From Nitrospinaceae bacterium (GTDB taxonomy: Bacteria > UBA8248), in the NCBI GenBank assembly GCA_018669005.1, contig JABJAL010000072.1, forward strand, positions 231,877-295,876: a stretch of DNA of 64,000 nt. The letters are read 5' to 3'. The translations under genes and the position numbers were made by a program. The notes under the pieces were generated by a model that was not told the origin of the DNA, ran no database searches, and worked only from the letters and a program-made list of their open reading frames with translations. Positions 29,304 through 38,193 of the stretch are shown here, piece by piece. Positions within the stretch are counted from its first letter, which is position 1, and every line of letters starts with the position of its first letter.

Positions 29304-29836
29304 TGGAGAGAGTGAATCTGTATTCGGAAAACGGGCGGTCGGGGGCCGCAGAGCGGTGCCCCTTGTGCGGCTACCGGTTCGATATGAGCGAAATGCCCGA
29401 GCGGGGCTGCCGGATCTGCCCGATGAAGCGGAGCTGCGACGCGCTGATATGCCCGAACTGCGGCTACTGCCAGCCACAGACGACGCGGACGGAGGCGGCT
29501 CTCCGCCGCCTGGCCGGGTGGGTGCGGGCGCTCTTTCGCCCGGCGGCGGCGGCCGGGGACCCGAAGCGGGTCCGCTTGCGGGACCTGAAGCGCATGTCGT
29601 GGGCCCGTGTTCTGGAGGTAAACGCGAAATCTCCCGACACCGAGGCCCGCCTGGCCGGGATGTGCATCCTCCCGGGGGTGGTGTTTCAGGTCCGCCAGCA
29701 GCGGCCGGCCGCCGTGGTGCGCGTGGACGAGACGATGCTGGCCATCGACCGCGCCCTGGCCGAGCGGATTTGGGTGGAGCCGCTCGAGGGGCGGGAGAGC
29801 ACCGAGAAGATGTGGGCGGCCCCCTCCCAGCCCTAG
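29300..29836 (+). CDS. FeoA-domain protein with N-terminal 8-Cys zinc-ribbon-like region
   Basis: Start ATGATG overlaps the feoB stop (ATGA). The N-terminus is CPLCGYRF...CRICPMKRSCDALICPNCGYC; the C-terminus has an SH3-like FeoA pattern (MSWARVLEVN...ARLAGMCILPGVVFQV...VVRVDETMLAIDRALAERIWVE). Confidence 0.55.
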   Translation: MMERVNLYSENGRSGAAERCPLCGYRFDMSEMPERGCRICPMKRSCDALICPNCGYCQPQTTRTEAALRRLAGWVRALFRPAAAAGDPKRVRLRDLKRMSWARVLEVNAKSPDTEARLAGMCILPGVVFQVRQQRPAAVVRVDETMLAIDRALAERIWVEPLEGRESTEKMWAAPSQP

Positions 29837-30103
29837 GCGCGAGCCAATGCCTCTCCCGGCAACCGCGAAGGGGGGGGCGCGAATTTCCTCAAATTTCGAG
29901 AATCCCAAAAGTACGGCGGCTAGTTAACCGCGGATTTCCTGTAGCCGGAAAATCAGGGGCCGGATGAAGTTAGCGGATGTACGCATTTCCTGTAGGTGCG
30001 GATTGGCTGGGAGGGCGTAAAATTGTTGCGGGGCCGAGTGTCCCCTGGCGGGGGATAGGAGCGGCATGTGGCTGTGATGATCGAGATATTCGCCTTGGGG
30101 GGC

Positions 30104-30580
30104 CTATCTGGCGCTCGCACCCGCCATCCGGAGGACTTCGGTGTACTCAGCGGCCGTGACGGGCTGGACGCTGAGGCGCTGGCCCTTTTGGACGACGAGC
30201 ATTTTAGCGAGCTTGGGGTTGGCCTTGAGATCGGCGAGTGGAACTATTGTGGGGAGCTTTTTGATGGCGCGCACATCGACCATAAACCAGCGGGGGTTGT
30301 CGGGCGAGGATTTGGAGTCGTAATATTTCGATTTCTCGTCGAAGGCGGTGTGGTCCGGATATGCCTCGCGGGCGATTTCGGCGATTCCTACAACGTGGGG
30401 TGGCGCAGTGCTCGAGTGGTAAAAGAGTACGCGATCCCCTTTTGTCATCTCCTGCATCGAGTTACGTGCTTGGTAATTGCGGACACCGTCCCAGTGGTCG
30501 GTATTCCTGGGTGAATCGAGAAGATCGTTGAATGAGAAAGCGGATGGTTCGCTTTTCATCAGCCAATAGCGGCGCGCCAT
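30104..30580 (-). CDS. EVE (PUA-like) domain protein
   Basis: YWLMKSEP...GVRNYQARN...GDRVLFYHS, the EVE/DUF55 signature. Confidence 0.6.
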   Translation of the reverse strand: MARRYWLMKSEPSAFSFNDLLDSPRNTDHWDGVRNYQARNSMQEMTKGDRVLFYHSSTAPPHVVGIAEIAREAYPDHTAFDEKSKYYDSKSSPDNPRWFMVDVRAIKKLPTIVPLADLKANPKLAKMLVVQKGQRLSVQPVTAAEYTEVLRMAGASAR

Positions 30581-30591
30581 GAGGAAGGCTC

Positions 30592-31536
30592 CTATAAAAT
30601 GGGTTTTATTTCTCCAGAAATTTGCATGTCTGCGAGCTTGAGTGTTCGGTAGATGAAATCGTTGAGTGGTGTAGGGATGCCTATTTCTTTGCCCATTCTA
30701 GAGACAGTTCCGCATAGCGCGTCAATTTCGAGGCGGCGGCCCGCTTCAAGATCGTGACAGAGGCTACCTTTGCTGGCCGGATTTTGCTCGTCGAGAAAAC
30801 GAAATCGGTTTTCAACGACATCTTCCGGCAAATCTACTCCCTGCGCCCTCCCAACTTCATATACCTCACACATGATCTCGTGCATCATCTCATGGGTTTC
30901 TGGAGAGGCTACTATTACCCCGAGTGGAGAACGGGTGAGGGCTGTCATGCCGCTGACAGCACAGATGAAGATGAATTTTGTCCAGAGTTCGACTTGAATG
31001 TCATCAGATAACTCTGCGTTGATTCCAGCGGATCTCATGGTAGAAAGAATTTCCTCGCCTCTTTTGCTGGGCCCGCCTCCCATCTCTCCAAAGACGATGC
31101 GTTTAGGCCCTCCTATCTGTTGGATCAGGCCCGGGGCCCCAAGTGCGGTGAAAATATAAGCAGCTCCGCCCATGACACGATTTTGCCCGTAGGTCTTGGC
31201 AAGATGTTCTTCGTTGTCCACGCCATTTTGGAGATTGATGATGACTGTGGTGTCGCCGACCATGGGTGCGATAGCTGGGATGGTCTTTTCGTTTGCGACG
31301 GTTTTCACACAGTAAAGTATGATATCACAAGGCCCAGCCTCGTTGGGATTGTCTGTGGCGAAAACTTTTTCGAGCTTGAAGAATTCTGAATCCACAGACT
31401 CAATACGAAGTCCATAGCTTCGAATGGCTTCGAGGTGTTTTCCTCGAGCGATGAATCGAATATCTTCTCCGGCACGGGATAGCAAGCCCCCAAAATATCC
31501 CCCTACACCGCCGGTTGCCATAATTCCGAATCGCAA
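30592..31536 (-). CDS. panE: 2-dehydropantoate 2-reductase (ketopantoate reductase)
   Basis: N-terminal GxGxxG (IMATGGVGGYFGG) ApbA fold and the C-terminal ApbA_C domain. Confidence 0.65.
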   Translation of the reverse strand: MRFGIMATGGVGGYFGGLLSRAGEDIRFIARGKHLEAIRSYGLRIESVDSEFFKLEKVFATDNPNEAGPCDIILYCVKTVANEKTIPAIAPMVGDTTVIINLQNGVDNEEHLAKTYGQNRVMGGAAYIFTALGAPGLIQQIGGPKRIVFGEMGGGPSKRGEEILSTMRSAGINAELSDDIQVELWTKFIFICAVSGMTALTRSPLGVIVASPETHEMMHEIMCEVYEVGRAQGVDLPEDVVENRFRFLDEQNPASKGSLCHDLEAGRRLEIDALCGTVSRMGKEIGIPTPLNDFIYRTLKLADMQISGEIKPIL

Positions 31537-31611
31537 GGGCTAATCTCCATTAGTTGTTTATGAAGTAAAGAATGTCTTGGGTTTATTTTTTTGCTGGATG
31601 GCGCTATCTAA

Positions 31612-32724
31612 TTAGTTGGTGTCGTTTTTCTCAATTAGATGGGATGTCGTGGCCTCTCTCACTCTCTCTTCCCCGTTACTATTCACGTTAGCATGGGTGT
31701 TAGTTAATCCGTTAGTCTGATGCATAACTGGCTCTTCGGAGACATTATCACCCATCTTCAAATTTGTTTCCCCTTTGATAGGAATCACATCGGAGTCTGG
31801 ACCTTGATTTTCAAAGTCGAGGTTCAGATTAAACTCTTCAGGTTTAGGCAAGTCTGTTAGGCTCTTGAACCCAAAGTGTTCAAGGAATTGTAGTGTGGTG
31901 CCATAAACGATTGGTTTGCCGACTACATCTCGGCGCCCGAGAATTCGGATCATTTTACGTTCCAAAAGGGTATTGATTGTGCCGCCACAATCCACCCTTC
32001 GAATCTCTTCAACTTCTAACTTCGTTATGGGTTGCTTGTATGCAATTATCGCTAGTGTTTCTAGCCCGGCATTTGATACGCGCCATTTTTTCTCTTGCTT
32101 AAAAAAGCGGCGTAACCAATGGGAGAACTCCATTCTGGTACACATGCGGAAGCCTTCTGCCACTTCGGTGATTTGGAGGGTGCGATTCTTGTATTCTTCC
32201 TTTAGCTCTGCGAGGAGTTTGCGTACGACTTTAGCATTTATATTTTCAACACCTCTGAAAACCATTGATATGTCACGGGGGCGTAATGTTTCATGTGTGG
32301 CGAAGAGTAAGGTTTCGATAATCCTCTTCGCCTCATCGAGATTTACGAGTAGGGGTGTATTTGGGGCACTGCCGGTACCGCCAAATTTTTCGACTTTACT
32401 TTCTGAGATATCAATTCTGAACGAAGAGGATTCAACGATTTCGTTGCTGTGTTTTTTTCTTTTTGTTGTGGTTGCGTTGATTTTAAACGTTGGAGATTCG
32501 ATGCTTCTGTCTATTTGTTCTTCTTTTAATTCGAGTGGGACCATCATTTCTTGATTTTCATCTTCTTCTTTGTCGAGTCCAAAGATGGTATTTTCTGATT
32601 CGCCGGAAATCTGGTGTTCTTCAAGTGTGCGGGCGGCTGTTTCTGAAGAAGAAGTGTTGTCACCTTCTAGCTGGAAAACGGATTCCTGTAGTTCTTTGCC
32701 TTTTTCGTATCTTAAATTATTCAT
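31612..32724 (-). CDS. scpB: Segregation and condensation protein B with ~130-aa acidic N-terminal extension
   Basis: Winged-helix ScpB core (IETLLFATHETL...GLETLAIIAYKQPITKLEVEEIRRVD...LLERKMI); lies downstream of scpA with a 4-nt overlap. Confidence 0.6.
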   Translation of the reverse strand: MNNLRYEKGKELQESVFQLEGDNTSSSETAARTLEEHQISGESENTIFGLDKEEDENQEMMVPLELKEEQIDRSIESPTFKINATTTKRKKHSNEIVESSSFRIDISESKVEKFGGTGSAPNTPLLVNLDEAKRIIETLLFATHETLRPRDISMVFRGVENINAKVVRKLLAELKEEYKNRTLQITEVAEGFRMCTRMEFSHWLRRFFKQEKKWRVSNAGLETLAIIAYKQPITKLEVEEIRRVDCGGTINTLLERKMIRILGRRDVVGKPIVYGTTLQFLEHFGFKSLTDLPKPEEFNLNLDFENQGPDSDVIPIKGETNLKMGDNVSEEPVMHQTNGLTNTHANVNSNGEERVREATTSHLIEKNDTN

Positions 32725-33715
32725 CGTCTTTTATCGCCTTGTGGACTCTAATTTCTCCATAAATTTCTGATTGGGTTGCAATAATTAGGCTTAGCCGTAT
32801 TAACTCGAGAATTGCCAGTAATGTAACAACAATAATGAGTCTCTTTGGGCCGTTACCTTTGAATAGATTTTCAAATTCAACTCCTTCAGGCCCGGAATTT
32901 TCAAGCATGTCTAGTACATGAGTCTGGCGGTCAGCCACTTCGAGTTCATCGACTTCAACGAGGTGAATGCCTTCCTCTCCAGCCTCTTCAATCATCTTTT
33001 GGATGGCGCTGATAAGATCAAAAACGGTCACTTCCAAAGGGGGAGGGTTTTCGAAGTCTTCTGGATTTAGAATGATTCCGTCGCCGTTGCCTCCTCTCGG
33101 GAAGATGGCTGACTGTACTTCCTCTGCGTCACGGAAAATTTGGCTTATACCCTTGAATTTTTGATACTCAAGCAATTGACGTTGGAGTTCTAGTCGAAGA
33201 GCTTCAGGGTCCTCTTCGCTTTCCTCCGCACCTCCTTGCTGGGGGAGTAATGTACGACTTTTGATATAAACGAGCCAGGAGGCCATTACGAGATAATCTG
33301 AGGCGATGTTAATGTTCAGGAGCTTCATCATTTCGATGTGTCTTAGGTACTGCTCGGTGATGAATGCGATAGGAATGTCGTATATATCTAATTTATGTTC
33401 GCGGATGAGATGTAACAGAAGTTCTAGTGGCCCTTCAAATACGTCTAGTTTGATGCTGAATTGATCGTTGACGTTTTTTTGTGTGTGAGGGGGCTGAAAT
33501 TCTTCTTTTAATTTATCAAGATTCTGAGGTTCCAAAGCGGTGACTTGGGGAGGTGAGACGATCTCCCAAGAATAGGGTGAACCCGCAGAGCGGTCGCTCC
33601 CTAGATTCAAATCTTTAAGATTCATTGTTTCGATAAGGTCGTTGTTAGGTTCTGAGGCAGATAAACTCTTCTCAGATTCTGACATGTTTGAGTGCTCTGG
33701 CTTAGCTGACGCCAT
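32717..33715 (-). CDS. scpA: Segregation and condensation protein A
   Basis: FEGPLELLLHLIREHKLDIYDIPIAFITEQYL, the kleisin ScpA N-terminal motif. Confidence 0.65.
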   Translation of the reverse strand: MASAKPEHSNMSESEKSLSASEPNNDLIETMNLKDLNLGSDRSAGSPYSWEIVSPPQVTALEPQNLDKLKEEFQPPHTQKNVNDQFSIKLDVFEGPLELLLHLIREHKLDIYDIPIAFITEQYLRHIEMMKLLNINIASDYLVMASWLVYIKSRTLLPQQGGAEESEEDPEALRLELQRQLLEYQKFKGISQIFRDAEEVQSAIFPRGGNGDGIILNPEDFENPPPLEVTVFDLISAIQKMIEEAGEEGIHLVEVDELEVADRQTHVLDMLENSGPEGVEFENLFKGNGPKRLIIVVTLLAILELIRLSLIIATQSEIYGEIRVHKAIKDDE

Positions 33716-33953
33716 GGGGAAGGTCCCCTGTAAGGCGAATGGTGGGCGGAACAGTGATTCTTAATTCATTTAACTATCAGGGTGTAGGTACCCTTCATTT
33801 CCCCCAATACAACTTGGTACCGTAAAAAATACCACAACGCTTGTCAATAGAAAGGATTGCAAGAGGGGCAAAAGTAGATTCGTTTAAAATGTTGGATGTG
33901 TGGTTATAGGGAGTGATAAATTTGATTGTAAAGGAGGGGTTGATTGGGGGGGG

Positions 33954-34322
33954 GTGAATGTGGCGAAAATTATTGAAAGGCATAAGAAAAAAGGCCGACT
34001 GTATGGTCGTGTTTTGGCGCATCAGATTAAGGATGGTGATAGGGTTTACATGAGGTGGTGTTTGCCTTATCTCCATGAAAAAGCCCAGGCCGTTCGGAGC
34101 CAGACAGAGTTATTTGACCTTTCCTCTCGAGGAGGGCTTGATTTTGTGTTTTTAAGTGGCGCTCAGATTGACACCCATAGTGATGTCAATCGGTTGTTTA
34201 TCGGTGATCCAGCGAATCTCGAAGTTCGTTTTCTTGGCGGGGCAGGTGGTTGCCGCTATTTTACCGACAGCGAAGCGGGTGGTTCTCTGTCGGCCTGTTC
34301 ACGATTAAAGAATTTTTCCTGA
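33954..34322 (+). CDS. Hypothetical protein (~122 aa)
   Basis: AGGAGGGG RBS upstream of GTG 33954; no family recognised; low-GC context. Confidence 0.3.
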   Translation: MNVAKIIERHKKKGRLYGRVLAHQIKDGDRVYMRWCLPYLHEKAQAVRSQTELFDLSSRGGLDFVFLSGAQIDTHSDVNRLFIGDPANLEVRFLGGAGGCRYFTDSEAGGSLSACSRLKNFS

Positions 34323-34338
34323 ATGTAGTGAATATATA

Positions 34339-34581
34339 ATGACTTCTGGTCGTGTGGATAGGGTGGTCATTCCAATTTACATCTTCAAAAATGGTAATGA
34401 TGAGCACCTCTGTCCAGAGTTGCTGCACGCAGATGTGACATCTAAAATGGTTCAGAATGCTACGGGATTTCATGTTGAAGTTTTAAATGTAATGCTCGAA
34501 ACGGTTGATCTATCATATGAAGAGCCTTTGGCTTTGGAATCGGTAGATCATTGCGGAGTCCATTTCGGTGAATTTTTTTAG
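34339..34581 (+). CDS. Hypothetical protein (80 aa)
   Basis: ORF directly downstream of the previous gene; no family. Confidence 0.2.
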   Translation: MTSGRVDRVVIPIYIFKNGNDEHLCPELLHADVTSKMVQNATGFHVEVLNVMLETVDLSYEEPLALESVDHCGVHFGEFF

Positions 34582-34604
34582 TCTTATTCCCTCTGGATTA
34601 GTGA

Positions 34605-35537
34605 ATGGTAGAATTTCAGTTTGATGTAGTTGGAGTCGGTCTCAACTCGGTAGATCTCTTGTGCCAAGTTAAGCATTTTCCAGTATTTAACACAAAAGGT
34701 TCTCTGGATGATATAAGCCGTCAGGGTGGCGGACAGGTGGCGACGGCTTTGGCCGCTTTGTCTCGTCTTGAAATGAAAACAGCATTTATTGGTGTTGTAG
34801 GTGATGATGAGAATGGTGTTTTTTCGATATCCTCTCTTAAAGCGGATGGTGTTAATGTCGAGGGCGTGGTTGTGCGGCCTGATTTCGCAACTCAATTTGC
34901 AATCATCATTGTTCAATCCGACGGTGACGATGAAGAAAGAGGAGGACGAACGATTCTATGGCATCGTGAGGTTATTCTTCGGCCTGAGGATGTCAGAGAG
35001 GATATCGTGAAGTCAGCTCGGATGATTCACGTTGACGGCCACTCTCTTGAGGCAGAAATAAAAGTTGCTAAGTGGGCCCAGGAAGAGGGGATTCTTGTTT
35101 CATTTGACGCAGAGCGTGTTGTGCCGGGAGTTGAAAAATTGATTTCGCTAACGGATTATCTGGTTGCGTCCGAGGGTTTTCCGTCGGAATTCTCTGGGAG
35201 TGCAAATGTGAAAGAGGGGCTGAAGAAAATTTGTTCTCTGGGGCCACGTGTAGCTGCCATGACAAAAGGTCCCCGGGGTGTCGTCGCTTTTGATGGAGAG
35301 CGATTTTACAATTCACCTGGATTTCCAATTAATGTGGTTGATACCACTGGGGCTGGTGATGTGTTTCATGCTGGGTTTATCTATGGGGTTTTACAAGGAT
35401 TTGAACTGTCTCGAACTCTGCGGTTTGCTAATGCTCTTGCGGCTCTGAGTTGCAGAGAACTAGGTGGTCGTGCTGGTCTTTGTTGTCTTGAGGAAGTGGA
35501 TAGCTTTATTGCGAAATTTCCTGATTTGGAGGCTTAA
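34605..35537 (+). CDS. PfkB-family carbohydrate kinase (ribokinase-like)
   Basis: N-terminal GG motif (VVGVGLNSVDL), C-terminal DTTGAGD anion-hole motif. Confidence 0.65.
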   Translation: MVEFQFDVVGVGLNSVDLLCQVKHFPVFNTKGSLDDISRQGGGQVATALAALSRLEMKTAFIGVVGDDENGVFSISSLKADGVNVEGVVVRPDFATQFAIIIVQSDGDDEERGGRTILWHREVILRPEDVREDIVKSARMIHVDGHSLEAEIKVAKWAQEEGILVSFDAERVVPGVEKLISLTDYLVASEGFPSEFSGSANVKEGLKKICSLGPRVAAMTKGPRGVVAFDGERFYNSPGFPINVVDTTGAGDVFHAGFIYGVLQGFELSRTLRFANALAALSCRELGGRAGLCCLEEVDSFIAKFPDLEA

Positions 35538-36427
35538 TGAGTAGGTTTCTTAATGATATAGAGATGGTCTGGCTTCGCAAGATTTTTTTCGTATTTTTAC
35601 TTACATTGCTGGGTGCCGGAGCAGGTGCCTGTAATTCGGGTTTGCCAGAAAATTCAGTTTCTGGTGCCATTCTATTGTCTCCTGGGCTTCCTGCTAAGGC
35701 CGCTAGAACGGGGACGCTTTTTATTGTGCTTGCTCCGGTTGGCGGCGGTCCTCCGCTTGCTGTTCAGCGACTGGTCCGAGTGAAGTTTCCTTATAAATAC
35801 ATCCTCACGAAAGACGATCTGATGTTTAAGGGCGGGCCCTTCACTGGACAGGTCAAAGTACGCGCCCGGCTCGATTCGGATGGAGTTGTCGGGCGGCTAG
35901 TAAGGGGTGACTACGAAGGAAGAAATGAAACACCTGTTTCGATTGGTGCTAGAGGAGTTGACGTTGTTATCAATAAGGCTGGAACTGCACCCCCTCCTCG
36001 CAAGGTGTCAAAAAAGACGGTGCCCATGCGACCGATTGCTCCGATGTCGTCCGCTGGCAAACAATCTTCCGCTTCTAGTTTGGGCGATGGTCCCACGATA
36101 AGTGGGACCATCAAAATTGCGCCTTCCCTAGTTCAAAAGGCCGAGGGAATTCCCGTTCTGTTCATCATTGCCCGCACGGAGCGACCCGGCCCGCCGCTTG
36201 CGGTGGTGAAGGTGGCACGTCCGCGCTTTCCGTTCCCCTTCACCATCTCCGGGCGCAACGTCATGATGCAGGGTCTACGCTTTGAGGGCAGGGTACGCAT
36301 CACGGCCCGCTTAGATGCCGATGGCAACGCCGGTGCGCCCAAGCCAGGCGACATGGAAGGGAAGACTCCCTCCTTGGTCACGGTGGGCGACAGCAAGGTT
36401 GTCATCACGGTGGACAAGGCCTACTAG
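35537..36427 (+). CDS. Hypothetical lipoprotein with an internal tandem domain duplication
   Basis: Signal peptide plus lipobox (LLGAGAGAC); two ~90-aa homologous halves (GTLFIVLAPVGGGPPLAV...VRARLDSDG vs GIPVLFIIARTERPGPPLAV...ITARLDADG). Confidence 0.5.
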   Translation: MSRFLNDIEMVWLRKIFFVFLLTLLGAGAGACNSGLPENSVSGAILLSPGLPAKAARTGTLFIVLAPVGGGPPLAVQRLVRVKFPYKYILTKDDLMFKGGPFTGQVKVRARLDSDGVVGRLVRGDYEGRNETPVSIGARGVDVVINKAGTAPPPRKVSKKTVPMRPIAPMSSAGKQSSASSLGDGPTISGTIKIAPSLVQKAEGIPVLFIIARTERPGPPLAVVKVARPRFPFPFTISGRNVMMQGLRFEGRVRITARLDADGNAGAPKPGDMEGKTPSLVTVGDSKVVITVDKAY

Positions 36428-36494
36428 GCGAATATCTCGATCACAGCAACATGCCGCTCATAGCCTAGGTGTGAGCTTGACGGCCCTAATATAT

Positions 36495-36506
36495 GTGTAT
36501 ATACAT
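36495..36506. promoter_or_regulatory. Palindromic candidate operator GTGTATATACAT (core TGTATATACA) upstream of marR
   Basis: Perfect 10-bp palindrome in the AT-rich intergenic region. Related copies at 37327-37334 (TGTATACA) and 37426-37437 (GTGTATATACAC, a perfect 12-bp palindrome) lie downstream of marR and upstream of the next gene. Confidence 0.4.
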
Positions 36507-36767
36507 ATATGGCTCTTGCTAAAACCCAGTTTATTTTACCCAGTACCCAGTAGATGGGAATTCCACAAGGCCCGCTAATGCGAATCGCCTCGGGGCGTGT
36601 CGCCGGGGAAGCCCAAAGGGGCCCCTCAAAGGGACGCAAGAGGAGCCGCCCAGAAATTTTACCGGGAGTTTAATAGGTCGGAGTGTGCATTGTTACGGGC
36701 CCATTTGTTCATGAAAGAGTGCACAGGCCGATAGGCACGCCCCCTTTTAAAAAAAAAGGATCCCCCG

Positions 36768-37292
36768 ATGGCAGACACGCTCAACGCCCGCGAAATCAGG
36801 CTCCGTGATGCCGCCGCAGCAGGTTGCTATTCCAATGCCCTTCGCCGCGCCGCCCGCGCCGCTGGAAGTATGTACGACGATGCCCTGCGCCCCGCCGGGC
36901 TCCGCGGCACCCAGTTTACCCTCCTCGCCGCGCTCTCGAAAATGGGTGAGCCCACCTTGGGTGAGCCCATCCTGGGTGATACCCCCATGGGCGGTGGCAC
37001 CGCTAGTGGTACCCCAATGGGGCCGCTCGGCGAAGCCCTCGCCCTCGACCGCACCACCCTCACGCGAAACCTCGCTCCCCTTGAGCGCCGGGGCCTCATC
37101 GCCTCCGCACCCGGCCCCGACCGGCGCACCCGCATTGTCAGGCTCACCCCAGAGGGCGCCCAAGCCCTCGCCCAGGCGCTTCCCCTCTGGGAGGGGGCCC
37201 AATTAAAACTAGCCGCCGCCCTCGGGTTTGAAACCGCTGGCCGTATTCGCGCAGATCTGTCGAAAACACTCGCCGCTGCCCGTGCGGGCTGA
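36768..37292 (+). CDS. MarR family transcriptional regulator containing an in-frame pentapeptide tandem-repeat insert
   Basis: MarR wHTH (LRGTQFTLLAALSKMG ... LGEALALDRTTLTRNLAPLERRGLI...DRRTRIVRLTPEG). It is interrupted by GEPTL-GEPIL-GDTPM-GGGTA-SGTPM, encoded by 15-nt tandem repeats at 36945-37023. Confidence 0.6.
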   Translation: MADTLNAREIRLRDAAAAGCYSNALRRAARAAGSMYDDALRPAGLRGTQFTLLAALSKMGEPTLGEPILGDTPMGGGTASGTPMGPLGEALALDRTTLTRNLAPLERRGLIASAPGPDRRTRIVRLTPEGAQALAQALPLWEGAQLKLAAALGFETAGRIRADLSKTLAAARAG

Positions 37293-37425
37293 ACATAAGC
37301 CGCATTTTTTTTAATCCATAAGGTGTGTATACATATAAATAAAAGGAGATGAACATGAATAACTTTCAAATTCTCATCCCAGCGCAGGAGGGTTGACCCT
37401 AATCAGTATTTTTTTAACCTGTTAA

Positions 37426-37437
37426 GTGTATATACAC
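37426..37437. promoter_or_regulatory. Perfect 12-bp palindrome GTGTATATACAC, candidate MarR operator before the membrane-protein gene
   Basis: Same motif as upstream of marR; located ~85 bp before the ATG at 37523. Confidence 0.4.
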
Positions 37438-37522
37438 TGAAGCGAAAACTCTTCCCCGCCGCCTAATTTTTACGGTGGCGCGGTTTTCACAGGCAATTCA
37501 AGACAAAAGGAGATTTTAAAAG

Positions 37523-38002
37523 ATGGACACCATGACAATTTTCGGCCTGCAATTCGCTTTAAGCCTCCTCGCCTGGGGCGCGGCGGCCCGGTGGCTCGCA
37601 GTCTCTCATCTTGAAAAATTATCCGCTCATGAGGCGCTCTCGTGGCTCATTCTGCCGCACACTTTCCGGCACTTAGGATTAGTCTTCCTCGTCCCCGGCG
37701 TCGTGGCGCGGCCGCTCCCCGAAGCATTTGCCAATCCCGCCGCCTATGGCGATCTCCTGGCGGGCCTCCTCGCGCTCGCCGCCTTTGCCGCCCTCCGCAG
37801 CGGCAAATCCTTCGCGCGCCCCCTCGCCTGGCTTTTCAACATCGTCGGGACAATGGACCTGCTCTATGCCGTCACCATTGGCACCCTCAACAACGCCGCC
37901 CCCGCCATGGGCGCCACATGGTACATCCCCACTTTTGTCGTGCCCTTGCTGCTCATCACGCATGGAATGATTTTTGTCAGGTTGGTGAGGGGGGAGGGGT
38001 GA
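37523..38002 (+). CDS. Hypothetical 4-5 TM membrane protein
   Basis: AAAGGAGA RBS; hydrophobic profile; no family assigned. Confidence 0.45.
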   Translation: MDTMTIFGLQFALSLLAWGAAARWLAVSHLEKLSAHEALSWLILPHTFRHLGLVFLVPGVVARPLPEAFANPAAYGDLLAGLLALAAFAALRSGKSFARPLAWLFNIVGTMDLLYAVTIGTLNNAAPAMGATWYIPTFVVPLLLITHGMIFVRLVRGEG

Positions 38003-38193
38003 TATGGTCGACTAATGGACTGGATAATTTCGTGCAAATCGTGAATACTTTCTATGTATTCACTCACTAAATTTTCCGCCCGATATGGCCGATATGACAT
38101 CAAAAGAGTGATTTGCGCTGAAGATGGATTTTCGCTATAATTTCGTCTATCAGTATTTCCTTTAATGTCGAGTAGTGTCAGGAGAGTAAATTC

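Noticed and set aside
28892-29836. 314-aa ORF overlapping the 3' third of feoB
   Set aside because: Only the C-terminal 178 aa (from ATG 29300) is plausible; upstream it is GC-rich alternate-frame noise inside feoB.
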